Positions 23,852 through 31,822 of a stretch of 32,000 nucleotides of DNA are shown piece after piece. Position numbers and translations under genes: made by a program. Source of the stretch: Candidatus Saccharimonadota bacterium (GTDB lineage Bacteria; Patescibacteriota; Saccharimonadia; Saccharimonadales; UBA4665); contig OY970322.1 in assembly GCA_963716945.1 (NCBI GenBank), positions 1,050,001-1,082,000 on the forward strand, read 5' to 3'. Position 1 is the first letter of the stretch. Every line of letters starts with the position of its first letter. Under the pieces are notes generated by a model. The model searched no databases and was not told where the DNA came from. It was given only the letters and a program-made list of their open reading frames with translations.

Positions 23852-25444
23852 TTAGCTCGTAGGCAGCGGTTGGCCGGGGCCAGTAACCGGAGGGGCCTGG
23901 TCGATACAGTCGGGGCCAGTGTTTTCTTCCTTGGTGTAAGCCTGGGCCGTAGCCGTAACGTGGTTGCCGTAAACATCCGTACCGACGACACTGATGGTGT
24001 TAACGACGTTGGTGAAACAAGGTACGTCATTGTTTTCGGTGTAGACGGTGTAGACTTCCGTGCCGCCGGCCGGCAAGGTGTCGCTGAAGTAGCCGAGGCC
24101 GTTACCGTCAACGCTGAAACCGAACGGTTGGGCCGGGTCAGCTTCACGGTCATTAATGTTCACTTCGCCTTCGGGCGGGGTGTCGGTGTACTGGTCGCTC
24201 AAGGTTTCGTTGCCAGTGTTCTTAACAGTGATCTGCCATTCGTCTGTGTCGCCATGCTTGGTGGCGAGGTCAGAGTAAAGGCTGCCGTCAGGGTTGTAAG
24301 AAGCGATGAAAGCTTTCTCGATTGCAATACCGGGGGTGCCGGGGGTGCCGGGCGTACCCGGGGTGCCGGGAGGACCCTGCGGACCCTGAGGGCCGGGGAT
24401 GCCAGGTATCTGGGGCTCTTCATCCTTGTAGACGAATTCGTTGCCGGCACGGCTAACTGTCTGGGTCTGGTTACCGGGTGAAAGCTGATCCCACTGTTCA
24501 GGGCCAAGAGGCGAAAGCTCGTTGACAATCACGGTGCTGCCGATATTACAATGTGCAAGGGGCTGAGGAGACTGATTGTAGGTAACCGTACGGTCAACTT
24601 CGTTCTTACCGTCCTTACATTTGACCTCGAAACGGAAAGTGCCGGTCGGGTCGATAGCGTGACCTTCATTGTCTACCAGCTGGCGGCCGGTGTCGTCCAA
24701 GGCAATCTTGAAGACTTCGACTTCAGCCGTCTTGGGCTTGGGCCGATTGACTACAATAGTGTTCTTGCTAAGCAGCAGGCCGTTGTTACAAGGGCCGGCT
24801 ACGGCGTCATTGATAGTTTCTTTGTACTCTCTGCCGCCCTGCATATAGGTACGGACAGCTGTTACACAGTAGCCCGGGACACCGTTAGGGTCACGCGGGT
24901 CGTCAAGTACGACGTTATGGTCAACCTCGCCATTGGCGGATACCATGCTATCCATCACTCGGCCTGCAGGAATAGTACAGCCGTGCAGTTTACCTGCCTG
25001 TACAGCCTTTTCGACTGCGTTAACTTCCGAACCGTTGAGACCCTCTCTGCTTAAAGTAGAGCGGCCTTGGCCGGACTCCAGGAAAGCCTTAGCCGCGCCA
25101 ACACTGTGGACACCGCCGGGTACCAGCGGGGCGCCGCCGACGTTGCTCCAGTCAAAAACATTGGCCGCAGTCGAAGCGCTGGCAGCGTGAGCTTCAGGAA
25201 CCTGGTTAGCGCCGGCAGTAGCTGCCAAGACGCCGGCACCAGCACCGGTAATACCAGTAGTTACAACAACGACTCTTGTTAAAACGTTGCCCAGCCGGCT
25301 GTTGCGGATACGATCAAATATACTGCTGGCACCTTCGGCCTGCGTTTGTACCGGTTCGCTGCTTATAATCCGGAGCAGCTCGTCATCAAGGTCGGGCTGG
25401 CCGGCTTCGGCGTGTTCGGCGGCGATCATGGCTTCTGCACTCAT
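23852..25444 (-). CDS. signal-anchored surface protein with a short collagen-like (G-X-Y)8 tract and a DUF11/CARDB-like repeat
   Basis: An acidic N-terminal segment of about 55 aa precedes the TM VLTRVVVVTTGITGAGAGVLAATAGA. Further features are GIPGPQGPQGPPGTPGTPGTPGTPG and IAIEKAF...GDTDEWQITVKNTGNETLSD. GAGGAG ribosome-binding site. Confidence 0.8.
   Translation of the reverse strand: MSAEAMIAAEHAEAGQPDLDDELLRIISSEPVQTQAEGASSIFDRIRNSRLGNVLTRVVVVTTGITGAGAGVLAATAGANQVPEAHAASASTAANVFDWSNVGGAPLVPGGVHSVGAAKAFLESGQGRSTLSREGLNGSEVNAVEKAVQAGKLHGCTIPAGRVMDSMVSANGEVDHNVVLDDPRDPNGVPGYCVTAVRTYMQGGREYKETINDAVAGPCNNGLLLSKNTIVVNRPKPKTAEVEVFKIALDDTGRQLVDNEGHAIDPTGTFRFEVKCKDGKNEVDRTVTYNQSPQPLAHCNIGSTVIVNELSPLGPEQWDQLSPGNQTQTVSRAGNEFVYKDEEPQIPGIPGPQGPQGPPGTPGTPGTPGTPGIAIEKAFIASYNPDGSLYSDLATKHGDTDEWQITVKNTGNETLSDQYTDTPPEGEVNINDREADPAQPFGFSVDGNGLGYFSDTLPAGGTEVYTVYTENNDVPCFTNVVNTISVVGTDVYGNHVTATAQAYTKEENTGPDCIDQAPPVTGPGQPLPTS
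24329..24403 (-). repeat. 75-nt collagen-like triplet repeat (includes near-tandem 9-nt units ccgggggtg)
   Basis: Encodes 8 consecutive G-X-Y triplets plus a closing Gly. The repetition is visible at the nucleotide level. Confidence 0.8.
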
Positions 25445-25536
25445 GCTATTTAAGTCTCCTCTTCTGCGCCAGGTTTGACGCTTACTATTCCCACACCCTT
25501 GGAGCCTTGACAGGCCACCAAATGTGTTATGACATC

Positions 25537-25565
25537 AATATATCACAAGCATTATATTATGTCAA
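25537..25565 (-). promoter_or_regulatory. strong sigma70-like promoter TTGACA-17-TATATT for the surface-protein operon, bracketed by an inverted repeat
   Basis: Minus-strand hexamers at 25565-25560 and 25542-25537. TGACAT (25530-25535) and ATGTCA (25559-25564) bracket the promoter. Confidence 0.5.
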
Positions 25566-25617
25566 GTATATTGTATGCTTAGCATACCATAAGCTCTTTA
25601 GCTGAGGTGTGAGGTTT

Positions 25618-27153
25618 TTAGGTCTCTTTAACTGGGGCGGGGGAAGATATCTGGGCAGCCTTTTTAGAGTCTGTGGCGGCAGGTACGGCGTGTTTGGCCT
25701 TGCTGAAGATGAAGCCGAACGTGCTGCCCTTGCCTTCTTTGCTCTCGAAAATAAGGGAACCGCCTTGGGCGATGATGACCTTCTTAGCCATGAAGAGGCC
25801 CAGGCCGGTGCCGTCGGGTCGGGCTTTACGGGCGTTGGCCGCCCTGTAAAACTTCGTGAACAGATGGGGGCGCTCGCTGGCCGGCACGCCGATGCCGTTG
25901 TCCTCGACCCGGAACTCGACCGTGGTCGGGTTATTGATCAGGTGGACCGTGATGGTGCCGTCCTTGGGCGTATAGTGCAGCGCATTGTCGAGAAAGTTCA
26001 TGATGACCTGGCGGGTTTTAACATCGTCAAGTGTCAGATCCGGGAAGTTCTTGGGCGGTTCGTAAATCAGCTTTTGGGAGTGGACCTTGGCGATCTCCTT
26101 GAGTTGCTCGATTTCTTCGCTGACCATCTGGGCCAGATTGACCGTCGTGGTGTCGATGACGAATTTGCCGGTCCTTAGACGGGAGACGTTTAACAGATCG
26201 GCAATCAAATAGACCATTCGTTGGGAGCTGAAGAAGGCCTGGTTCAGCATCTGGCTTTGCATAGGGGTTATCTTGCCCGCATCACCTTCTTTGATCATGC
26301 TGATGTACCCCTTGACACTGGTCAGCGGCGTGCGCAGCTGGTGGCTGGCCATGCTGATGAAGTCGTCCTTGGCTTCGTCGAGCGCCAACAGCTTGGCGTT
26401 CGATTCCTTAATCTGGCGCAGGACCCGCTGGTTTTCTTCGAACAGCAGCTTGTTATCAAGGGCCACGCCGATACTTTCGCTGAGGCGGTCCAGCAGTGCG
26501 GTATCGGTCTGGCTGAGTTGTTGGACCGGTGACAAATAACCTACGACCAGCAAACCGACTATCTGGCGGCGGGCCAGAAGCTTCACCACGTACAGGGACC
26601 TGAGGTCAACGTGGCGTTTGGCCCGTTTGATATCCCCCGCAGGGCAGTTCAAGAAATCGGCTATAACTTCGTCGGACAGGCCGTCGAGAGAGATGAGGCG
26701 GCTATCCTCGATGTCGCTAAACCAAGGGTGGCTAAGTTTGACGTAAACCGGCTTGCTAAACCCCAATGACAGCGATGACTTGTCGTTGCCCTGGCGGCCG
26801 GCGGCGCTCCAGCCGTTAAGCAGCAGCTCCTGCTTGCTATGGGCCGAACGGGTCAGCAAGCTGACGAACGGATAATCGGTTACCTGGACGATAGCCTCGG
26901 TTATGTGCTCGCTGACCGTCTTGAGCGTAGCGTGTGATTCCAGCACCAGCGCATCAATCGTCCTCAGCAGCGACAGGGTCTTGTTGGTCTCGGCCAACTC
27001 CTTGTTGCGCTTGTACATTTCGCCGGTGATGTGCTCGATGTCACGCTCCAGCTGGCGGTGCTTCTGGAAAGGCAAGGCCGCGCGCCGGCCTACGGCCGAT
27101 CGGCTGTCAGCCGGTCTATCTGTCGGCGCCTCCACCTTGACGTCTTCTGGCAT
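25618..27153 (-). CDS. soluble sensor histidine kinase (coiled coil, GAF-like domain, HisKA, HATPase_c); no TM segment
   Basis: H-box SHQLRTPLTSV, N-box NFLDNALHYT, G1 DNGIGV, G2 GTGLGL. No hydrophobic helix in the N-terminal half. Confidence 0.9.
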   Translation of the reverse strand: MPEDVKVEAPTDRPADSRSAVGRRAALPFQKHRQLERDIEHITGEMYKRNKELAETNKTLSLLRTIDALVLESHATLKTVSEHITEAIVQVTDYPFVSLLTRSAHSKQELLLNGWSAAGRQGNDKSSLSLGFSKPVYVKLSHPWFSDIEDSRLISLDGLSDEVIADFLNCPAGDIKRAKRHVDLRSLYVVKLLARRQIVGLLVVGYLSPVQQLSQTDTALLDRLSESIGVALDNKLLFEENQRVLRQIKESNAKLLALDEAKDDFISMASHQLRTPLTSVKGYISMIKEGDAGKITPMQSQMLNQAFFSSQRMVYLIADLLNVSRLRTGKFVIDTTTVNLAQMVSEEIEQLKEIAKVHSQKLIYEPPKNFPDLTLDDVKTRQVIMNFLDNALHYTPKDGTITVHLINNPTTVEFRVEDNGIGVPASERPHLFTKFYRAANARKARPDGTGLGLFMAKKVIIAQGGSLIFESKEGKGSTFGFIFSKAKHAVPAATDSKKAAQISSPAPVKET

Positions 27154-27172
27154 ACCAACCTACTTCTGGGGA

Positions 27173-27451
27173 TTACTTTAGTGCCTTGGGTAATTGCCCG
27201 GCCGGTACCTGGCTGACTAGCGGGGCGGCCGCTTCCTTGGAAACCTCGACCGAAATTTGTCCGAACAACTCCTTATAAACTTCGACCAGCGCGTCAATCA
27301 CGCCTGATTCGTCACCGTCAATATCAATCTTTTGGTTATCCCAGTCTACCTTGAGGTGCGGTACGCGCTGCGCCTGTTCGATAGCTACCGGTCCGATAAT
27401 GGCCTCTTGGCTCTTGATTATCTTGGCCACGATCTGTTCGAAGACATCCAT
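27173..27451 (-). CDS. small acidic cytoplasmic protein (92 aa), function unknown
   Basis: The track ORF starts at 27472. The ATG at 27451 is preferred because of a GGGAGG ribosome-binding site and the TGAtATG junction with the upstream membrane gene. It lies 19 nt upstream of the kinase gene. Confidence 0.6.
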   Translation of the reverse strand: MDVFEQIVAKIIKSQEAIIGPVAIEQAQRVPHLKVDWDNQKIDIDGDESGVIDALVEVYKELFGQISVEVSKEAAAPLVSQVPAGQLPKALK

Positions 27452-27452
27452 A

Positions 27453-28322
27453 TCAGGCCTCCCCGCTTTCATTGGCCGGGGCCGCCGGTTTGGGCTCCGG
27501 AGCAGGAGTTTTAACGCCGCTCTTAAGGCCTTTGTAGATAGCGTGGAACTGGATCATGGCCGTAGTCGCCACGAAGTAAGCGATCAGGTATAACAGGTCG
27601 TCTATTTGGCCCGCCAGATAAGTGCCGCGGTTACTCTGGTACAAGAAGGTAAAATCGGCGACGTACTGCAGCACCAGGGCGCAAATCAGTACCAGGATGC
27701 CCTTTCTCATGATACCGCCCAGCATCTTCCGCGATAACAGGTAAGCGACGATGGCCAGTGAAATGTAGCTGGCATCACCTAACGGGTAGCCCAGGTCAAG
27801 CAGAACCGTCAACGGCCTATGCCAGTCGTATTGGTGGTGGTACAGCAAAATCCAGTAGGACACGCTGAGGAGCACGACCGGTACCAGGATGGCGATAACC
27901 TTGTACTTGTTGTTGCGGAAAGCGAATTTGACACCGACCGCCCTGGTCAGGAAGAAAGCCCCTGTCAGATATGACAAAGTACTGCCGAAGTAAGCCACAT
28001 CGCCCCATGAGGGGTAAGGAATCTGTATCTTGGAAACGTAGATGTAATAGGTCAGGATCAGCTGGCCGGCCTCTTGCGCCAGCAAGCTGAGCGATAGGAA
28101 TAGCAGCGCCTTGCCCAGGACCGTTTTGCGGCCGCCCCACTTGCCGGCGGTGACGAAACCGATAATGGAGCCGATGAGAGCCAGGACGCCGTAAGTGCCG
28201 CCGAACCACTGGACGGCCAGGCCCTGTTTGACGACCACGTGCTGGAAAGTTATCCACCAGATTACGAAGCCCAGGAAAGCTATTGTTACGAGTAGTTGAA
28301 GTTTGTTTTTTAATAAGTTCAT
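27453..28322 (-). CDS. polytopic membrane protein (about 8 TM), function unknown; possible sensor module for the downstream kinase
   Basis: Hydrophobic helices run throughout the protein. The track ORF starts at a TTG at 28346. The ATG at 28322, preceded by AAGGGG, is preferred. Confidence 0.75.
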   Translation of the reverse strand: MNLLKNKLQLLVTIAFLGFVIWWITFQHVVVKQGLAVQWFGGTYGVLALIGSIIGFVTAGKWGGRKTVLGKALLFLSLSLLAQEAGQLILTYYIYVSKIQIPYPSWGDVAYFGSTLSYLTGAFFLTRAVGVKFAFRNNKYKVIAILVPVVLLSVSYWILLYHHQYDWHRPLTVLLDLGYPLGDASYISLAIVAYLLSRKMLGGIMRKGILVLICALVLQYVADFTFLYQSNRGTYLAGQIDDLLYLIAYFVATTAMIQFHAIYKGLKSGVKTPAPEPKPAAPANESGEA

Positions 28323-28425
28323 TCTGCCCCTTATTATCCTAGACAAGATTGGTATGTCAAGCTATAAGCGCTAGGACTTTGCTTACTTGTTCGGGCCGGG
28401 GAATTTATCTTATACTGGCCTTAAG

Positions 28426-29352
28426 ATGCTGCCAGACTTCCCCGATTTCGCGCCGTTGGCCCTGGAAGACAAAGACGAGTATAACCGGTTGGTCCAAGAT
28501 TACCTGCCGTTTTCGAATATTTCGTTCGCGTCGTTGCATATCTGGTGGAACCTCGAAGGCAAGCTGGCGATGTCGTCGCTCAACGGCAACTTGGTCATTT
28601 ACTACCATATCTCCTACGACCCCAAGAATACCGGCTACAGCCTGATTGGCCGCCACGATCCCGACAGTTCCATCGACGCCTTATTCGACTACCTGCGCGG
28701 CAAGCAGGAACCGGTCAGGCTGGTCCACGTGCCCGATTTCGTCATCGAGAAAATCGAACATAAGGATAGGTACGTCATCGAAGAGGAGCCGGACTATAAT
28801 GAATACATCCTCGATAGCCGGGCGTTGGCCAGCCTGGAGGGCAGCAACCACAGCCGTACCCGGCGCAAGGTCAAACGCTTCCTGCGGGAAGTCGAGGATA
28901 GCCGGCTGGAAATTAAAGCGTTGGATTTGTCATCCGAAGACGCCAAGCAACGGTTGTTCGAAGCTATAACCGCGTGGGAGGAGTCCCAGCCATCGCGTAA
29001 CGACCCCGGCCACACCGAACACCAGGCGCTGCGCAAAACCTTGGCCCACGCCGAAGCCCTGGACATCCGGCATCTCGGCCTTTATATAGACGGCAAACTG
29101 TCGGCGGTTATCCTCTACCACAGTTCGCCGGACAAGCAGTACTACATCTTAAACCACCTCAAAGTCGACTACAGCATCCCTTATATCTTCGATTACATGA
29201 CCCACCATATAGCCGACCGGGCCGTGCGCGACAACGTTAAATTCCTCAACATGGAAATGGACCTGGGCATTGAGAACCTGCGGCAGCACAAACTGGGCTT
29301 GAGGCCGGTAGAGTTCTTCCGGCAATACAGCGTGCGGCCGACCGGCGGCTAG
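28426..29352 (+). CDS. DUF2156 protein (homologue of the C-terminal domain of aminoacyl-phosphatidylglycerol synthase MprF; GNAT-like)
   Basis: Family-like motifs: SNISFASLHIWW, EPDYNEYILDSRALASLEGSNHSRTRRKVKRF, LNMEMDLGIENLRQHKLGLRPV. The track ORF starts at 28387. The ATG at 28426 is preferred because TTGTTC-18-TATACT ends 9 nt upstream. Confidence 0.8.
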   Translation: MLPDFPDFAPLALEDKDEYNRLVQDYLPFSNISFASLHIWWNLEGKLAMSSLNGNLVIYYHISYDPKNTGYSLIGRHDPDSSIDALFDYLRGKQEPVRLVHVPDFVIEKIEHKDRYVIEEEPDYNEYILDSRALASLEGSNHSRTRRKVKRFLREVEDSRLEIKALDLSSEDAKQRLFEAITAWEESQPSRNDPGHTEHQALRKTLAHAEALDIRHLGLYIDGKLSAVILYHSSPDKQYYILNHLKVDYSIPYIFDYMTHHIADRAVRDNVKFLNMEMDLGIENLRQHKLGLRPVEFFRQYSVRPTGG

Positions 29353-29356
29353 GACA

Positions 29357-30214
29357 CTATTCGGCCGGCGACAAAGACAGGTTATCCAGACCGGCGCCCA
29401 TGGTATAGCGGACCCTGAGCTTAACGTTGCCTTCGCAAACTTCGGCCAACGGCAGGATCTTATCGCCATTGAGGCTATTGGTCGGGCCGAGGGCCAGGTC
29501 AGCCGTCAGGTGGACGGTGCCGGATAGCCTGAGCGCGGTGGCGGTCTGGCCTGCCGGGACACTGAATGCCAGGACCTTATCGATGCCGGGTTCGACGCGG
29601 CCGGCTTGGAAATCGAAGTAACCGACCTTTTGGGGCTCGGACAGGTCCGCGACCTCTAATTGCTCCCAGCTGTCCGGGTCTTCCGAATAATAAGGCCAGT
29701 CATGTTTGGGCGCAGCTATGTGGTAGCCGTAGAAGTTGCTCTCGGTGTGGACCAGCTGCAAGAAAGTCTCGTAAGCCTGGGGTATGAGCTTGGTTTTGCC
29801 GCCGATGACGCCGCGTTCATGCAGGCCGTTCATAACGGCTACCTGCATTTCGTCAAGCAGGCCGGTATCTATCAGCTCGCCGATGACGACATCGACGTTT
29901 TCCGGCAGAGCGGCGGCCATGGCGTCGGCCTCCACCACTTCTATCTTGTCTTCAAGCTGGTTAATACGGACCGTTTGGCGCAAGCTGGCGGCCAGGACGG
30001 GGTCGATCTCCACGGCATATACGCGGGCCGCGCCGGCACCGGCCGCGAACAGGGACAAAATACCGCTGCCGGCTCCGACTTCGACCACTACGTCGCCGGG
30101 CTTGACGGTCGCCTCGATAGCTTCCTTAAAAGCCAGCGTCCGTTTCCTGTCGATTAGGCAAATATAGGGGTAGTCGGTGTTTGACCAAATAATCGCGGGG
30201 GCGGTGTCTGGCAT
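29357..30214 (-). CDS. class I SAM-dependent methyltransferase with a PRMT-like (protein arginine methyltransferase) architecture
   Basis: LIDRKRTLAFKEAI, the SAM motif VVEVGAGSGILSLFAAGAGAARVYAVEIDP, the acidic loop VVIGELIDTGLLDEMQV, and a C-terminal beta-rich domain of about 140 aa. Confidence 0.75.
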   Translation of the reverse strand: MPDTAPAIIWSNTDYPYICLIDRKRTLAFKEAIEATVKPGDVVVEVGAGSGILSLFAAGAGAARVYAVEIDPVLAASLRQTVRINQLEDKIEVVEADAMAAALPENVDVVIGELIDTGLLDEMQVAVMNGLHERGVIGGKTKLIPQAYETFLQLVHTESNFYGYHIAAPKHDWPYYSEDPDSWEQLEVADLSEPQKVGYFDFQAGRVEPGIDKVLAFSVPAGQTATALRLSGTVHLTADLALGPTNSLNGDKILPLAEVCEGNVKLRVRYTMGAGLDNLSLSPAE

Positions 30215-30264
30215 TGGTTTATTCCTTTTGTTTTATTCGTCTGACGCTCATTATACTAGAATCC

Positions 30265-31167
30265 CTAGACTTTGGCGGCCGTGCCGATGACCGCCAGGCC
30301 CGCTATGATGACCGCCATGAGGGCGAATTTGCGCAGCGGCCGGCCGGCTTCGGCTTCCCGGAAATACTTCGGCGAAACCGGGTAAAGCACCAGCGCGATC
30401 AGCAGCACCAGCATCGGCTGGATGGCCTCTATGACTTTTACCAGCGAAACCGGACCGCGGCTGATTGCCAGGTTCAGCGTAAACTCGGCGGCCAGGCCGG
30501 TTAACTCCGCGAACATGAAAATCGGCAGCAGCTTCTTGATTGTCTTGGAGATTTCACGGATACCGCGCCGGTTCTCGTTGAACCTCAAGAGGAAGAAGCC
30601 GATGCCGCCCAGTCCCATGCCGGCCGAAAAATAGAGGTAGGCCGAATAGAAATCAACCTTCTGGTAGACATATTTGGTCATGAGCGAGACCGCGTCCATG
30701 AAGGCCGCGGCGGCAACCATATATATGAGAGCCTTCGAGAATTTCAACTGTTTGAGGTCCGTAACCGCCAGTCCCAGGGAAGCCAACAGTACGATTATGA
30801 AGCCCGTTATTTCCATGGCCGCCAGGTGCTCATGGACGATGAAATGGGCCAGGAACGGGATCGTAGCCGGCGCCAAGCCGAACAGGGCAACTACGGTCGA
30901 CGGCGAATCCGATTGCAAACCTTTGAAATATAAGAAGTAATAGGCCAGGGTCAGGCCGCCCGCCAGTACCGATATAACGGCCAGTGAAACCGGTATGGCG
31001 CGGGCGTGAACGAATAGGCGGGACAGCAGCGGCAACGCCCCGTAAAACCCGGCCGAGACCGAGGCCAGGTACGGGCTTTTGTAAACGAATTGCAATAGGT
31101 TGTCATCGAGCAGGTTAACGACGGCGTATAGGAGGGGCGCCAGCAGCGCGAGGTAAAACCAGCTCAT
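30265..31167 (-). CDS. DMT-superfamily (EamA-like) transporter, about 10 TM
   Basis: 300 aa, uniformly hydrophobic, with a two-fold 5-TM organisation. Confidence 0.75.
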   Translation of the reverse strand: MSWFYLALLAPLLYAVVNLLDDNLLQFVYKSPYLASVSAGFYGALPLLSRLFVHARAIPVSLAVISVLAGGLTLAYYFLYFKGLQSDSPSTVVALFGLAPATIPFLAHFIVHEHLAAMEITGFIIVLLASLGLAVTDLKQLKFSKALIYMVAAAAFMDAVSLMTKYVYQKVDFYSAYLYFSAGMGLGGIGFFLLRFNENRRGIREISKTIKKLLPIFMFAELTGLAAEFTLNLAISRGPVSLVKVIEAIQPMLVLLIALVLYPVSPKYFREAEAGRPLRKFALMAVIIAGLAVIGTAAKV

Positions 31168-31248
31168 TACTTCAAATCATACGTCAAAGGTATTGGAAAA
31201 TAAATCTTTATGCTAAAGTAGGTCGTAGTTAAGGAAAAAATAAAAAGC

Positions 31249-31782
31249 ATGAATATCCAAATATCGGCTGGCATCGGCATAGGCCCGACTGAGCTTTCGG
31301 CCTTTGACCAGGCCTTGGTTCACGCCGGAGTTGCTAATTATAACTTGATCTATCTAAGCTCGGTTTTACCGCCCAACAGCAACGTTCAGGTGGCCGAAGA
31401 GCCTAAGCGACCTGAAGGTAAATGGGGCGACCGCCTCTATCTTGTCATGGCCCAAAAACGTATATCCCAGCGCAACCAGGAGGCTTGGGCGGGCATCGGT
31501 TGGATGCAGGACCCGAAAACCGGCCAGGGGATGCTGGTCGAGCATGAAGGCCACAGCGAAACGGAGGTCAGAGCCGATATCGAAAACACTTTGACAGCCC
31601 TGGCCCGCAACCGGAACATGGAGTTTGGGCCACACCACATGCATGTTGTCGGTACCCGGTGTATAGACCTGCCGACCTGTGCTTTGGTGGTGGCCGTATT
31701 TGAGTCCTCAAGCTGGCGCCTGGCCCGGCCCGGCAACACTAAACTGGCCGGCCTGAAGCTTTCCCGCCCGGCCCGGCCCTAA
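31249..31782 (+). CDS. pdaD: pyruvoyl-dependent arginine decarboxylase
   Basis: PvlArgDC-like N-terminus with a Ser-Ser self-cleavage context (NYNLIYLSSVLPP). The size (177 aa) is typical of the family. Confidence 0.85.
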   Translation: MNIQISAGIGIGPTELSAFDQALVHAGVANYNLIYLSSVLPPNSNVQVAEEPKRPEGKWGDRLYLVMAQKRISQRNQEAWAGIGWMQDPKTGQGMLVEHEGHSETEVRADIENTLTALARNRNMEFGPHHMHVVGTRCIDLPTCALVVAVFESSSWRLARPGNTKLAGLKLSRPARP

Positions 31783-31822
31783 GCCTTCATAAACGGCACT
31801 TGATAAAGCGTATAATGTAACC

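Noticed and set aside
23852-23900. The C-terminal PPVTGPG of the 530-aa surface protein as a sortase sorting signal
   Set aside because: The protein ends 8 residues later (QPLPTS) with no hydrophobic segment or positively charged tail, and the DNA downstream runs straight into the next gene's ribosome-binding site. It is kept only as a motif similarity to LVNTGPG in the neighbouring gene.
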